Under the pieces are notes generated by a model. That model was not told the DNA's origin. It saw only the letters and a list, made by a program, of their open reading frames with translations, and searched no databases. A program made the translations under genes and the position numbers. DNA of 64,000 nucleotides, taken from contig JBBCJC010000003.1 of NCBI GenBank assembly GCA_037189525.1, positions 192,001 to 256,000 of the forward strand, written 5' to 3'. The first letter of the stretch is position 1. Every line of letters begins with the position of its first letter. Below, piece after piece: positions 26,888 through 36,568 of this stretch. The DNA is from Gemmatimonadales bacterium. Its GTDB lineage: Bacteria > Gemmatimonadota > Gemmatimonadetes > Gemmatimonadales > GWC2-71-9.

Positions 26888-27777
26888 GAATCGATATATC
26901 GCTTGGTGAGGTCGCTGTAGGCGTCGATGCGCCGATCGCGGAAGAAGGGCCAGTGAGTGCGGACGACGTCCACCTGGCTCAGGTCACACTGAACGATCAG
27001 CGTTTCCTCGCCGGTGCCGGCTTTGGCCAGAATCCGCCCGCTCGGGTCGGCTACGAAGCTGCCGCCCCAGAATTCGATCCCCGGTCCGGCGGTTCCGCCG
27101 GTTTCATGGCCGACCCGATTGACCGACGCGACGTAAGCGCCGTTGGCCACCGCGTGCGAGCGTTGGATCGTTTCCCAGGCCGCCTGTTGCCGCTCGCCGT
27201 ATTCGGCCTTTTCCGGCGGCAGCCAGCCGATGGCCGTCGGATAGAACAGGATCTCGGCGCCGGACAGCGCGGTCAGTCGCGCGGCCTCGGGATACCACTG
27301 GTCCCAGCAGATCAGGACGCCGATCTTGCCGAATCGGGTCTGCCAGGTCCGGAAGCCCAGGTCGCCCGGAGTGAAGTAGAACTTCTCGTAGAACTGGGGG
27401 TCGTCCGGAATGTGCATCTTCCGGTACTTGCCCAGATAGGTGCCATCGGCATCGATCACGGCCGCCGTGTTGTGATAGAGCCCCTCGGCCCGTTTTTCGA
27501 ACAGCGACGCCACGATCACGATGCCCAGCTCTTTGGCGAGGGCCGAGAAGGCGTGGGTCGTTGGACCCGGAATCGCTTCGGCCAGGGCGAAGAACCGATG
27601 GTCCTCCATCTGGCAGAAGTAGGGGCCCATGAAGAGCTCCTGCAAGCAGACGATCTGGGCACCCTGGCGCGCCGCGTCGCGGGTCCGTTCGAGTGCCTTC
27701 TCGAGATTGGCCGCCGGGTCCTCCACCGTGCTCATCTGAGGCAGGCCGACAGTCACGATACGGGATCGATTGGTCAT
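26884..27777 (-). CDS. aguB: N-carbamoylputrescine amidase (carbon-nitrogen hydrolase)
   Basis: LQELF, YRKMHIP, YEKFYFTPGD, ICWDQWYPE and PTAIGW motifs; ATGA overlap with aguA. Confidence 0.88.
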   Translation of the reverse strand: MTNRSRIVTVGLPQMSTVEDPAANLEKALERTRDAARQGAQIVCLQELFMGPYFCQMEDHRFFALAEAIPGPTTHAFSALAKELGIVIVASLFEKRAEGLYHNTAAVIDADGTYLGKYRKMHIPDDPQFYEKFYFTPGDLGFRTWQTRFGKIGVLICWDQWYPEAARLTALSGAEILFYPTAIGWLPPEKAEYGERQQAAWETIQRSHAVANGAYVASVNRVGHETGGTAGPGIEFWGGSFVADPSGRILAKAGTGEETLIVQCDLSQVDVVRTHWPFFRDRRIDAYSDLTKRYIDS

Positions 27778-27867
27778 AGGTCCGAATCTAACGTTGTGAG
27801 GGGGCAAACGGGCCCGGTCCACGGGGTCCCTCGCCCGGAACGGTCGACGGCCTTATCATCGTCCGCC

Positions 27868-28938
27868 ATGGTACGCATCCTCCCGCTCTCGCTCCTCGTG
27901 TCGGCGGCCGTGGGGACGGCCCTCCCGCTGACTGCTCAGCAGGTTACCTGGCGGTCCGTCGGGACGATCTACGGAGACAACACCGAGTTCTTTACGCCCT
28001 ATCGGGAGGGAGAGACGATTCTGGGTGGTCAGGTGGCCACACATCTGATCGTCCGGCCATCGTCCAAGTACGCCTTTCACGTCGGGGCTCTGGGCGATGT
28101 CCGCTGGGGCTCCGATGCGTTTCTGGATCGGGTCAGGCCGATTCTCTCGTTCCGTTATCAGAACGGCAGCTCGACCGGAGTCCTGGGTACCCTGCAGACC
28201 GAGCGCCGGCATGGCTTCCTCGATCCCCTCGCGGTCAGCACCCTCGAACTGACTCGGCCAATCGAGTATGGCCTGCAATGGATCGAACGGCGCTCCTGGC
28301 TCGACGCCGAGGCGTTCATCAACTGGCAGGCGCTCAATACGCCGGAGCATCGCGAGGTCTTCGATTTCGGCTGGGTCATCCGTGTGAAGCCGGTCCGCCA
28401 GGTCGCGCTGGAAGCCCAATATCACGGCCTCCATCATGGCGGTCAGCTGTACAGTGCCGGCGTGCCCGTCACCAATAACGGCGCGGCTGCGTATGGAATA
28501 ACGGTCGCGGATACCCTGCCGGCGGTCGGGTTGGCCTCGCTGGCGGTTTTCCGGCTCACCAGCAGCGGCAATATCGACCCGGAAGCCCCCGAAGAATGGC
28601 CTCGGCGCGGGCGGGGCACTTTCGTCCGCGCCGGGGTCTGGCCGGTTCGGAACGTGGAGGTCTTCGGGATTCGCTGGTGGGGGCGCGATTTCGTGTCTCA
28701 AGAGGGCGACAACAACTATAATTCGACGGCAATTCTCCCGGTCTCATTTCGGTCGAAGCGGGATTATCTCGAGCTGGGCCTGTTGCATCGTGCGATACTC
28801 GATGGCGGGGTGGGACTCGACGCCGAATTCCGGCTGCATCGGATCGATGACGAGCCGAGCGCGGCGATTCGGGGCACGTCGTGGGAATATTCGTATCGTC
28901 TGGTGGTCCGGACACCGTTCGATTTCCGGATTCGATAG
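27868..28938 (+). CDS. Hypothetical outer-membrane beta-barrel protein
   Basis: Signal peptide MVRILPLSLLVSAAVG; alternating aromatic/hydrophobic strands; DNTEF and HHGGQL motifs. Confidence 0.6.
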   Translation: MVRILPLSLLVSAAVGTALPLTAQQVTWRSVGTIYGDNTEFFTPYREGETILGGQVATHLIVRPSSKYAFHVGALGDVRWGSDAFLDRVRPILSFRYQNGSSTGVLGTLQTERRHGFLDPLAVSTLELTRPIEYGLQWIERRSWLDAEAFINWQALNTPEHREVFDFGWVIRVKPVRQVALEAQYHGLHHGGQLYSAGVPVTNNGAAAYGITVADTLPAVGLASLAVFRLTSSGNIDPEAPEEWPRRGRGTFVRAGVWPVRNVEVFGIRWWGRDFVSQEGDNNYNSTAILPVSFRSKRDYLELGLLHRAILDGGVGLDAEFRLHRIDDEPSAAIRGTSWEYSYRLVVRTPFDFRIR

Positions 28939-28970
28939 CGCGAAGGGACACTGAAGGCAAAGGAGCGGGT

Positions 28971-30926
28971 ATGGTAGCGGCAGTGTTGATTCTCGCGGTA
29001 CTGCAGCAGGCTCCCGGCGGCATTGCGCGGGTGCAGGTCGAGCCGGAGCGCGCCGAACTGCAGGTGGGGCAGACGCTGCAGATGTCCGCCAAAGTCCTCG
29101 ACGCCAACGGCGCGCCGGTGCCTAACGCCCGGGTGGTCTGGTTCGGCGGCGGCGACGGCGCGGTCGACTCGACCGGTCTCGTCCGCGGCGGCTTCCGCGG
29201 CTATGTCCGCGTCGTCGCCATGGCCTTTGCCCCGGGAAGTCCCCGGGTTACGCAGGAAGCGACGGTGCGGATCATCCCGGCGCCCGCCGCCAAGCTCGAA
29301 CTCTCGGCGACCGCGCTCAAGCTTGCCGTCGGGTCGCGCTATTCGCTGACCGGAACGCCGCTCAGTTCGGACAACGACATCCGGTACGACAACGTCACTT
29401 TCCAGTCCAGCCAGCCCTCGGTCGTGGCGGTGACTCCGGACGGCCGGCTCAATGCCGTTCGCGCGGGCAAGGCCGTGATTACGGCGCGGGCGGGCACGGC
29501 ATCGGCCTCGGTCGATGTCGAAGTCGTTACGGCCATTCCGGCGACGGTCACGGTCGAGCCCGGGGTCAGCTCGGTGCGCACCGGCGATGTGGTTCGCTTT
29601 ACGGCGGTGGTGAAGGATCGGACCGGACGAGTCCTGGAGGGCCTCACGCCTCGCTGGTCCGTAGCGGCCGTATCCGGCGCGGCAGTCGGCCAGATCGATG
29701 CCGAGGGCGCCTTCGTGGCCGAAGAGCAGGGGAGTTACACCGTGACGGCGTCGGTCGGGAGCGCCAGCGGCGACGCGGGCGTGGTCGCCGCCCCGCGCAA
29801 TGTCGGCCGGGGGATCGAGGTGATCGGCCGGGTGCCGCTGCCGTTCCGTGGGGCCGAGATCTGGCCGCATCCGAACGGGAAGTGCCTGTACTACAGCACC
29901 ATCGCCGATCGGATCTATGCGATCGACGTCAGCAATCCGTCGGCTCCGCAGATCGTCGACTCGATGGTGATCGACGCCCGTCTCATCAATGACGTGATGA
30001 CGACCGAAGACGGCAAGTATGGCGTCTTTTCGCGGGAGAATGCCTCAAATCGTAAAAACGGCATCGCCGTCTTCGATGCGAGTGACCCCTGCCATCCCAA
30101 GATGATTGCCGACTATACCGAGACCGTCTCGGGCGGGGTGCACTCGTCCTACGTGTACGAGGGGCACGTCTACCTGACCGACGACGCCACCGGATCGATG
30201 CGGGTCATTTCGATCAAGGATCCCTACAAGCCGCGCGAGGTGGGCCGCTGGCAGACCGAGCAGACCGAGCACGGGCGGTACATCCACGATATTGACGTGC
30301 GCGGTGGCTTTGCGTACCTGTCGTACTGGAACGACGGCCTGATCATCCTCGATATCGGCAACGGGATCCGCGGCGGCAGTCCGGAAAAGCCGGCGTTCGT
30401 GTCACAGCTCAAGTACGATCTCAACCATCTCTACCGCCGGATCGACGACATGTACGGCCTGGGCGCCAGGGGAACCCACACCTCGTGGCGTCACAAGGAC
30501 TACATCTTCATCGCCGATGAGGTGTACGCATCCGCCGCTGCCAAAGGGCACGAGACCGGCAATGATCTGACCTGGGGTCGTCTCCAGGTGGTCGACGTCT
30601 CCGATATCCTCAAGCCCAAGATCGTCGCCTGGTACGAACCGACCGATGGCGGCGTCCACAACATCTGGGTCGAGGGCGACTCGCTCTACATGGGGGCGTA
30701 TCAGGGCGGCGGCCGCGTGGTCGACATCTCGGGCGAACTGAAGGGCGATCTGCTGCGGCAGGGGCGCGAGATGGCCTGGCTCTTCACGGCAGACTCGGCC
30801 GGTCTCAAGCCGCGGGCGACCTTTACCTGGGGCGCCGTGGCCAAGAACGGCACCATCTATTTCAACGACATCAATACCGGGCTGTGGATCACACGGTTGG
30901 CCCGGAAAGAGAAGCCCATTCCGTGA
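28971..30926 (+). CDS. Exported protein with three Ig-like (Big_2) domains and a C-terminal LVIVD-repeat beta-propeller
   Basis: AAGGAG RBS; Ig-like repeats (VEPERAELQVGQT, FQSSQPSVVAVTPDG); LVIVD-type repeats IYAIDVSNP, LIILDI, LQVVDVSD and VVDIS. Confidence 0.75.
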   Translation: MVAAVLILAVLQQAPGGIARVQVEPERAELQVGQTLQMSAKVLDANGAPVPNARVVWFGGGDGAVDSTGLVRGGFRGYVRVVAMAFAPGSPRVTQEATVRIIPAPAAKLELSATALKLAVGSRYSLTGTPLSSDNDIRYDNVTFQSSQPSVVAVTPDGRLNAVRAGKAVITARAGTASASVDVEVVTAIPATVTVEPGVSSVRTGDVVRFTAVVKDRTGRVLEGLTPRWSVAAVSGAAVGQIDAEGAFVAEEQGSYTVTASVGSASGDAGVVAAPRNVGRGIEVIGRVPLPFRGAEIWPHPNGKCLYYSTIADRIYAIDVSNPSAPQIVDSMVIDARLINDVMTTEDGKYGVFSRENASNRKNGIAVFDASDPCHPKMIADYTETVSGGVHSSYVYEGHVYLTDDATGSMRVISIKDPYKPREVGRWQTEQTEHGRYIHDIDVRGGFAYLSYWNDGLIILDIGNGIRGGSPEKPAFVSQLKYDLNHLYRRIDDMYGLGARGTHTSWRHKDYIFIADEVYASAAAKGHETGNDLTWGRLQVVDVSDILKPKIVAWYEPTDGGVHNIWVEGDSLYMGAYQGGGRVVDISGELKGDLLRQGREMAWLFTADSAGLKPRATFTWGAVAKNGTIYFNDINTGLWITRLARKEKPIP

Positions 30927-30944
30927 GGTCCGACGCTCGGGCGG

Positions 30945-32888
30945 CTAGCGGCCGCCCGAGCGAAGGATGACCTTGCCGTGACCGACCGGGGCAGGCCAGG
31001 CCAGCACGATGGCCGTGCCCTGGATGGTCCGGTCGAACCCCCGCTCGCTCTTGGCCACCGTTTCGATCGGATAGCGCCACTCCCGCGCGGCATTGGTTTC
31101 GATCTCGATCTGCCCGGCAACCGAGAGCTCGGTGGTGAACCAGGGCGCCTCGTCCGTCCCGTCCCAGGTGAATTCGGCCGACAGCGTTCCGTGCTCATCG
31201 ACCGAAATCCGCTTGGTCATCCCCTCGAATGCGATCCGGAACGAGAGTGTGCGCGTCGTGTGGTCGGCCGGTTCGGTCTCCAGCCGGCCCGATTCCGCAC
31301 CCCAGTCCCGATGGATCTCGACCGTAGAGGCGGCCAATGCCTCCGGCGAATCGACCGTGCCCAGCAGGCGCTCCTGCAAGAGCGCGCGCGGGTAGGCGTC
31401 GAAGGGCGGCAGCGTGGACAACTCCAGCCGATCCTCCAGGTCGTGGATGCTCGGCGCGCCGTCATCGGTAGCGTGATGACTGGCGGTCGTCTCGTGTGAC
31501 GTCGCCCGGTCGATCGCTTCCTGATGATAGGCCTCGAGACGCCTGGTCAGCACGTCGACGTGATTCCGCTCCGTGCGGAAGACGGTCCACTCTTCGACGG
31601 CGCCGCCACGATGGGGCGCCAGCAGCACGGATACCGCATGGCTGTGGATCCAGATTTCCCGAAGCCCGTCTCCGTCGAGGTCGACGGCTTCCCAGCGGAG
31701 CGGCTCGTCCTGGCGCAGGATTTCTTCCGCCGCCGCCAGCTCCCGCCAGATCCCTTCGCGCAGGTGCGGCAGATACAGCCCGCCGAAGACGCCGTGCCAG
31801 TACGCGTCATTGCACTGGGCCTTTCCGATGGCGCGGCGCGCGTCGGCCGGGTCGCCCTTCTGCCGAGCAAGCGAAGACAACGCCAGCATCTTCTTGTGCA
31901 TCCGATTGGATTCGGAATACTTGACGAAGAAGTTCCGCCAATGGGTTCCGCGCACCAGCGCGCCGTCCAGGCCGTTCATGCGCTCCGGGCCGAGCTCGTT
32001 CTCCAGCGCGGTGAGCCGGCGCGAGGCGGCGGCCGGCAAGGCCCAGCCTTCCATTTCGCGATACGAGGCCGACGGCAGGTAGGCAAGGCCACCGCTCGGC
32101 ACCGTTGCCACCGCGTCGGCAAAGGTGGCCAGCCGGATGATGCCTTCACTGCTCAGCTGGCGAAGGGTCGCGGTGAAGTCGCGGATCCAGCCGCTCCGGT
32201 AGACCCACTCCAGTGTGCCAGGCCAGCCGCCGAACTTCTCGCCGTCGTCGGCCAGGATCGCCATCGGCGCGCCTTCGCGGTGCAGCCGGCGGAAATAGTC
32301 TGCAAGCTCCGCAGGAGGACGGAAGGGTACCAGATAGCGGAGCCGCTCGTCGATCGGCAGCACGGTGATCGCATGTCCCCCGCTCTCGGTCCGGTAGGGG
32401 CGATGCAATGCGGCGCGGTCGAAGCCGGCGACCAGGAAGTGGCGATCGTCGACCAGGACATACTCGACCCCGGCCCGATGGAGATCCTCGGGGAGGTCGG
32501 GCTCCCAGACCCGTTCGGTCAGCCAGAGGCCCGTGGCGCGAACCCCGAAGCGGCGCTGGATCGTCTCGCGCAGGCGGGAGATCTGCTCGATCCGATCCTC
32601 GCGCGGCAGGACCGCCAGAATGGGCTCGTCATATCCGGCCAGCAGCAGTTCGATGTGTCCGGCCGAGACTTCGCGGCCGAGCCGATCGAGATAGGCCGGA
32701 GCATGGCGGGTCAACCAGTCGAGCAGGGGGCCCGAGAGATGGAGCGATACGGGCCAGGCCTGCCCCTCGCCGAGCGCATCGAGCAGCGGAGCGTAGACAT
32801 CCTGCAGGTGCTGCTCGAAGACCGAATCGAAGTTGCCGACCGGCTGATGCAGGTGCAGACCGAAGGTAAACAGGACGGGCGGGGTCAT
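30945..32888 (-). CDS. GH57 4-alpha-glucanotransferase / alpha-amylase (with DUF1925/DUF1926)
   Basis: HLHQPVGN, WLTERVWEP, ADDGEKFGGWP, SYREM and QCNDAYWHGVFGGLY motifs. Confidence 0.88.
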   Translation of the reverse strand: MTPPVLFTFGLHLHQPVGNFDSVFEQHLQDVYAPLLDALGEGQAWPVSLHLSGPLLDWLTRHAPAYLDRLGREVSAGHIELLLAGYDEPILAVLPREDRIEQISRLRETIQRRFGVRATGLWLTERVWEPDLPEDLHRAGVEYVLVDDRHFLVAGFDRAALHRPYRTESGGHAITVLPIDERLRYLVPFRPPAELADYFRRLHREGAPMAILADDGEKFGGWPGTLEWVYRSGWIRDFTATLRQLSSEGIIRLATFADAVATVPSGGLAYLPSASYREMEGWALPAAASRRLTALENELGPERMNGLDGALVRGTHWRNFFVKYSESNRMHKKMLALSSLARQKGDPADARRAIGKAQCNDAYWHGVFGGLYLPHLREGIWRELAAAEEILRQDEPLRWEAVDLDGDGLREIWIHSHAVSVLLAPHRGGAVEEWTVFRTERNHVDVLTRRLEAYHQEAIDRATSHETTASHHATDDGAPSIHDLEDRLELSTLPPFDAYPRALLQERLLGTVDSPEALAASTVEIHRDWGAESGRLETEPADHTTRTLSFRIAFEGMTKRISVDEHGTLSAEFTWDGTDEAPWFTTELSVAGQIEIETNAAREWRYPIETVAKSERGFDRTIQGTAIVLAWPAPVGHGKVILRSGGR

Positions 32889-34879
32889 CGGTCCTCGCGG
32901 TCGAATGCGTCGCGTGAAAAGCCGAGCCGTGTGGTCAGGCCGGTCAGGAGCGCGGGCGGATGGGGTCCGGCCGCTTCCATCAGCCGGAAGAAACGCGTCT
33001 GCGCTTCGAACGGCACCGTGAGCTCCTCCAACGCCAGCAGGTCCAGGCTCCGGACCAGCTTGGCGATGGCGTCGGCCGAAACCTGATCGACGGATTCCGG
33101 GATCAGCCGGGTAATGGCGCTGCGCAGCGCGTCGGGATACGTGACGGACCCATGGGCCAGCCGGACCAGATCTTCCGCGCTCATGACTTCGCGCAGGACC
33201 TCGCGGCGGAGGACCTCGCGCGCCAGGTCGTGCTCCCGCTCCGGCAGTGCCTCCAGGCCGAGCGTGGTCTGATGTCCCTGGGCGTCGGTAAGATCGACTT
33301 CGAGCCGGAAGCCGGGAGCCCGATGCACCTGTGCAGCAAAGCTGCTGCTGTGCCCGGTGCGCCGATGCTGGACCTGTACCATGTTCTGCCCCGAGGGCCC
33401 AGCCAGGAATGCGCCGATGACGTGGCGGGTGTGACCGGGGCAGAGCCCTGACATTGCCGCGAAGCCGGCGGCGACGCGCTGCTCGGCCGGCCAGCGGGGT
33501 CGTACGCTCCGCCGGTAGATGTCGGCGCCGGTGCCGACGGCCGGGTCGTTGCTTTCCGCCGCCGCCAGTCGCTCGAGAAAACCGCGTTCGAGATCCGCAC
33601 CAACCGGACCGGCGAGGTCCAGGGCGCGGGCAGCATAGCGCAGGATCTGAATCGTCTCGATACCGGCAATGTCGTCGAAGAACCATCCGCACGAGGTAAA
33701 GCTGCGGAGGGCGTTGCGCTCCAGTTCGATCAGTTCACGCGCTCGTTCGGGAAGGTCACTCGGCGCGCCGACGATTCCGTAAGTGGTGCGGGCGGCCCAG
33801 GGGTCCTCGAAATATGCTGCGGCTTCCGCGCCGTAAATGGCGTGCAATTCGTCGGTCAGCCAGACGATCGCGTCGCGAAGCGGGGCGCGCCAGGCCTGCG
33901 AGGTTCCCGCGGTCATCCGGCAGCCGCAATCGGATCGCCAGCGTTCGACCCCGTGGGCGCAGCTCCACGATGTCGGAGCAACGATCGCCACCTCGTGCAC
34001 CGGGGAATGCCGCGCCAGGAAGCTGGTGAAGTTCTCGACCCGGACATCGCGGCGGACCCGGAGCGAGTCGAGTACGGCGGCCAGCGCCATGTCGCCGAAT
34101 TTGTGATGGTGGCCGTATGTCTCGCCGTCGGTGGCTACGCTCTCGAGCAGGGGGCCCGTGGCCGGCAGGTCGGGTTCGAGCAGGCGGCGGAGCCAGAGGT
34201 CGGCACTGCGTACCAAGGGACCGAACGCCACGTCGTGACTCATCCCGCCGTCGTAGGGAATAATGGCGATCGATCGGCCGCGCCCGGTGCGATATCGTCC
34301 CGGCAGGCCCGCGGGCGGCAGCTTGGCAAGCTGGTGCGGCGCGAGGATAGTGAACTGAATCCCCTCCATCGCCAGGACGTCCAGCGTCTCGTCGTCCACG
34401 GCCGTTTCCGGCAGCCACATCCCGACCGGCTCGCGCCCGAACCGGCGGCGGAAATCGGCAATGCCCCAGCGCACCTCGGTCACCTTGTCGTGATACGAAG
34501 CGAGCGGAAGGATGGTATGGTGGTACGGCATTGCGATCGCATTGCCGGCGCCGAGTCTGGCCACGCTGGCGCGATCGGCGGCCAGGATGCCGCGGTACGT
34601 AGCCGGCGACTCCTTTTCCATCCATTCGAGCAGCGTAGGCCCGACGTTGAAGCTGATCCACTCGAGCGTGTTGACGATGCTCCGGATACTGCCGTCGTTC
34701 GCGACGACGCGCGCAGCAAGCACTGCCCGGTAGCATTCGTGGTCGACCCGCTGGTTCCAGTCGTGAAAGGGAGCGGCGCTGACTTCGCGTTCCACCAGGT
34801 CGATCCACGGCTCCTCCCGTGGCGGCTGGTAGAAGTGGCCGTGGATGACGACGCTGCGCCGTCCCGTGCCTGCCGTCAT
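32885..34879 (-). CDS. GH57 family protein with DUF3536
   Basis: IHGHFYQPPRE, WLPETAVD, ATDGETYGHH, SWSCAHGVERW and FTSCGWFFDD motifs. Confidence 0.88.
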   Translation of the reverse strand: MTAGTGRRSVVIHGHFYQPPREEPWIDLVEREVSAAPFHDWNQRVDHECYRAVLAARVVANDGSIRSIVNTLEWISFNVGPTLLEWMEKESPATYRGILAADRASVARLGAGNAIAMPYHHTILPLASYHDKVTEVRWGIADFRRRFGREPVGMWLPETAVDDETLDVLAMEGIQFTILAPHQLAKLPPAGLPGRYRTGRGRSIAIIPYDGGMSHDVAFGPLVRSADLWLRRLLEPDLPATGPLLESVATDGETYGHHHKFGDMALAAVLDSLRVRRDVRVENFTSFLARHSPVHEVAIVAPTSWSCAHGVERWRSDCGCRMTAGTSQAWRAPLRDAIVWLTDELHAIYGAEAAAYFEDPWAARTTYGIVGAPSDLPERARELIELERNALRSFTSCGWFFDDIAGIETIQILRYAARALDLAGPVGADLERGFLERLAAAESNDPAVGTGADIYRRSVRPRWPAEQRVAAGFAAMSGLCPGHTRHVIGAFLAGPSGQNMVQVQHRRTGHSSSFAAQVHRAPGFRLEVDLTDAQGHQTTLGLEALPEREHDLAREVLRREVLREVMSAEDLVRLAHGSVTYPDALRSAITRLIPESVDQVSADAIAKLVRSLDLLALEELTVPFEAQTRFFRLMEAAGPHPPALLTGLTTRLGFSRDAFDREDR

Positions 34880-36558
34880 GCGATCAGGGGTCCTTTGACG
34901 GCCAGTGCGGACCGCAGGGCGGGGATGATGACGGGAAAGAGATCGTTTTGAGCCCGCATGTCCGCAGCAACCGATATCGCCTGGTCCGGCAACGTCGGCG
35001 CCTCGAGCATGCCGAGCAGCCGATCCAGATTGTCGAGATGCTCGGTAAACCGGCGGGACGCGTAGTCACCCGCGGTGGCCGACGAGATGATGAACTGCCA
35101 GTCGGAGGACTGGGCCAGCAGCAGCTCCCGTGCCGCCTGCTCGAGTACCGGATGCGTCTCAGACCGATCGATGGCGCGCGCCGCAACAGACCAGAACCGT
35201 TCCTCGGCCGGCCAGAGCCGCCGCCAGGTCCACTCGGTTTCCGGATTGAGCCATTTGCTGAAATCGCCGTTGGCGCCCCACGACCCTTCGGCTAGATGCA
35301 CCGCGGCCGAAGGTGGCGTGTCGGTCAGATGGGTGGTGGCCGTGGCGGGGCGCGGTGCGCTAGTCCGGCTCAGCGCGCGATACAAGTCCAGGAGAAAATC
35401 GACGCCTTCGAACCACCAGTGACCGAACAGTTCGGTGTCGAACGGGGCCACGATCAGTTCGCCGCCGTGTCCGGCTTCCTCGGCCGCTACGCTCTGCAGC
35501 ACCGCCGCGTAGTCCTCGGCGTGCTGGCGAACCCGGGCGCGCGCGCCGTTGGGATCGTAGGACTGCTTGCCGCCCAGGTCGACGTCGGCCCCCGTCACCC
35601 GCCAGAGCTTGAGGCCGCCGGGAAAGCGAATCTTGTGAAATTCGAGATAGGCGCCGTCGCCCGGGTAGCCCTGATGCCGGCTCCACACCCGCCGCGACGA
35701 TACCGGGTCGCGCACCAGCGTAGCAACCGTCGGCTGGCCTCGGCGCGGGGAGACCTGGTAGGCGCGATAGGGCGACCGGGCGGCGGGCAGGTCGAGCGGA
35801 TCGTCGGTCGGCTCGAGGCCGCCATCGGGGCGATTGCCGCTTCGGTAGAGGCCGAGGGTACGTCCCGCCTGCGCCAGGTGCGAATCGGTAAAGAAGTAAT
35901 GGTAGCCTGCGTCGGCCAGATATTCCTCGATACCGGGGCGATCGCGCTGGGCCGGGGCGTCGGGGTGCGGATGCCAGTCGCCGCGCGGGCGATAGGCGCA
36001 CTCGGGAGCCCAGCAGCCCTGGGCCGCCCGCCCGAACAGCCGGTGGTGCTCGGCCAGGCCGACAGCCAACTGCAGCCGGATGCTCTCGTCGCGCGCCAGC
36101 AGCGGCAGGAACCCGTGGGTCGCGGCCGAACTCATGATCTCGATCCTGCCCGCCTCCTGATGCCGCTTGAGCGCGCCGACGATGTCGCGATCGATCCGCG
36201 CGAAGAGCCGCTCGAGCCGGGCCAACCGCCCGCGCCAGAACTCCGCGATCGGGGTCAGCTGCTTTTCGCCGCTCACCGCAAACTCGGCGATGGCTTCGTC
36301 GCAGGCGGCCAGCCGCTGGGCCAGGAAGGCGTCGAGCTCCGCGCCGAAGGTCGGATTCGCCAGCTGCGCACCGAGGACCGGAGTGACCCCGACCGTGAGC
36401 GGAATCCGAACGTCCTGCTCCTCCAGGATGCCGAGCGTCTCGAGCAGCGGCAGGTAGGTATCGACCGCAGCCTCGACGATCCAGTCCGATCCGTGCGGCC
36501 ATCGGCCGTGATTGAGGACGTACGGCAGATGGCTGTGCAGAGCCAGAATCAGATCCAT
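34876..36558 (-). CDS. GH57 1,4-alpha-glucan branching enzyme (DUF1957)
   Basis: HSHLPYV, WAPECAY, GYPGDG-x-YLEFH, PFDTELFGHWWFEG and LLAQSSDW motifs. Confidence 0.9.
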   Translation of the reverse strand: MDLILALHSHLPYVLNHGRWPHGSDWIVEAAVDTYLPLLETLGILEEQDVRIPLTVGVTPVLGAQLANPTFGAELDAFLAQRLAACDEAIAEFAVSGEKQLTPIAEFWRGRLARLERLFARIDRDIVGALKRHQEAGRIEIMSSAATHGFLPLLARDESIRLQLAVGLAEHHRLFGRAAQGCWAPECAYRPRGDWHPHPDAPAQRDRPGIEEYLADAGYHYFFTDSHLAQAGRTLGLYRSGNRPDGGLEPTDDPLDLPAARSPYRAYQVSPRRGQPTVATLVRDPVSSRRVWSRHQGYPGDGAYLEFHKIRFPGGLKLWRVTGADVDLGGKQSYDPNGARARVRQHAEDYAAVLQSVAAEEAGHGGELIVAPFDTELFGHWWFEGVDFLLDLYRALSRTSAPRPATATTHLTDTPPSAAVHLAEGSWGANGDFSKWLNPETEWTWRRLWPAEERFWSVAARAIDRSETHPVLEQAARELLLAQSSDWQFIISSATAGDYASRRFTEHLDNLDRLLGMLEAPTLPDQAISVAADMRAQNDLFPVIIPALRSALAVKGPLIA

Positions 36559-36568
36559 GGCGCCGCCG

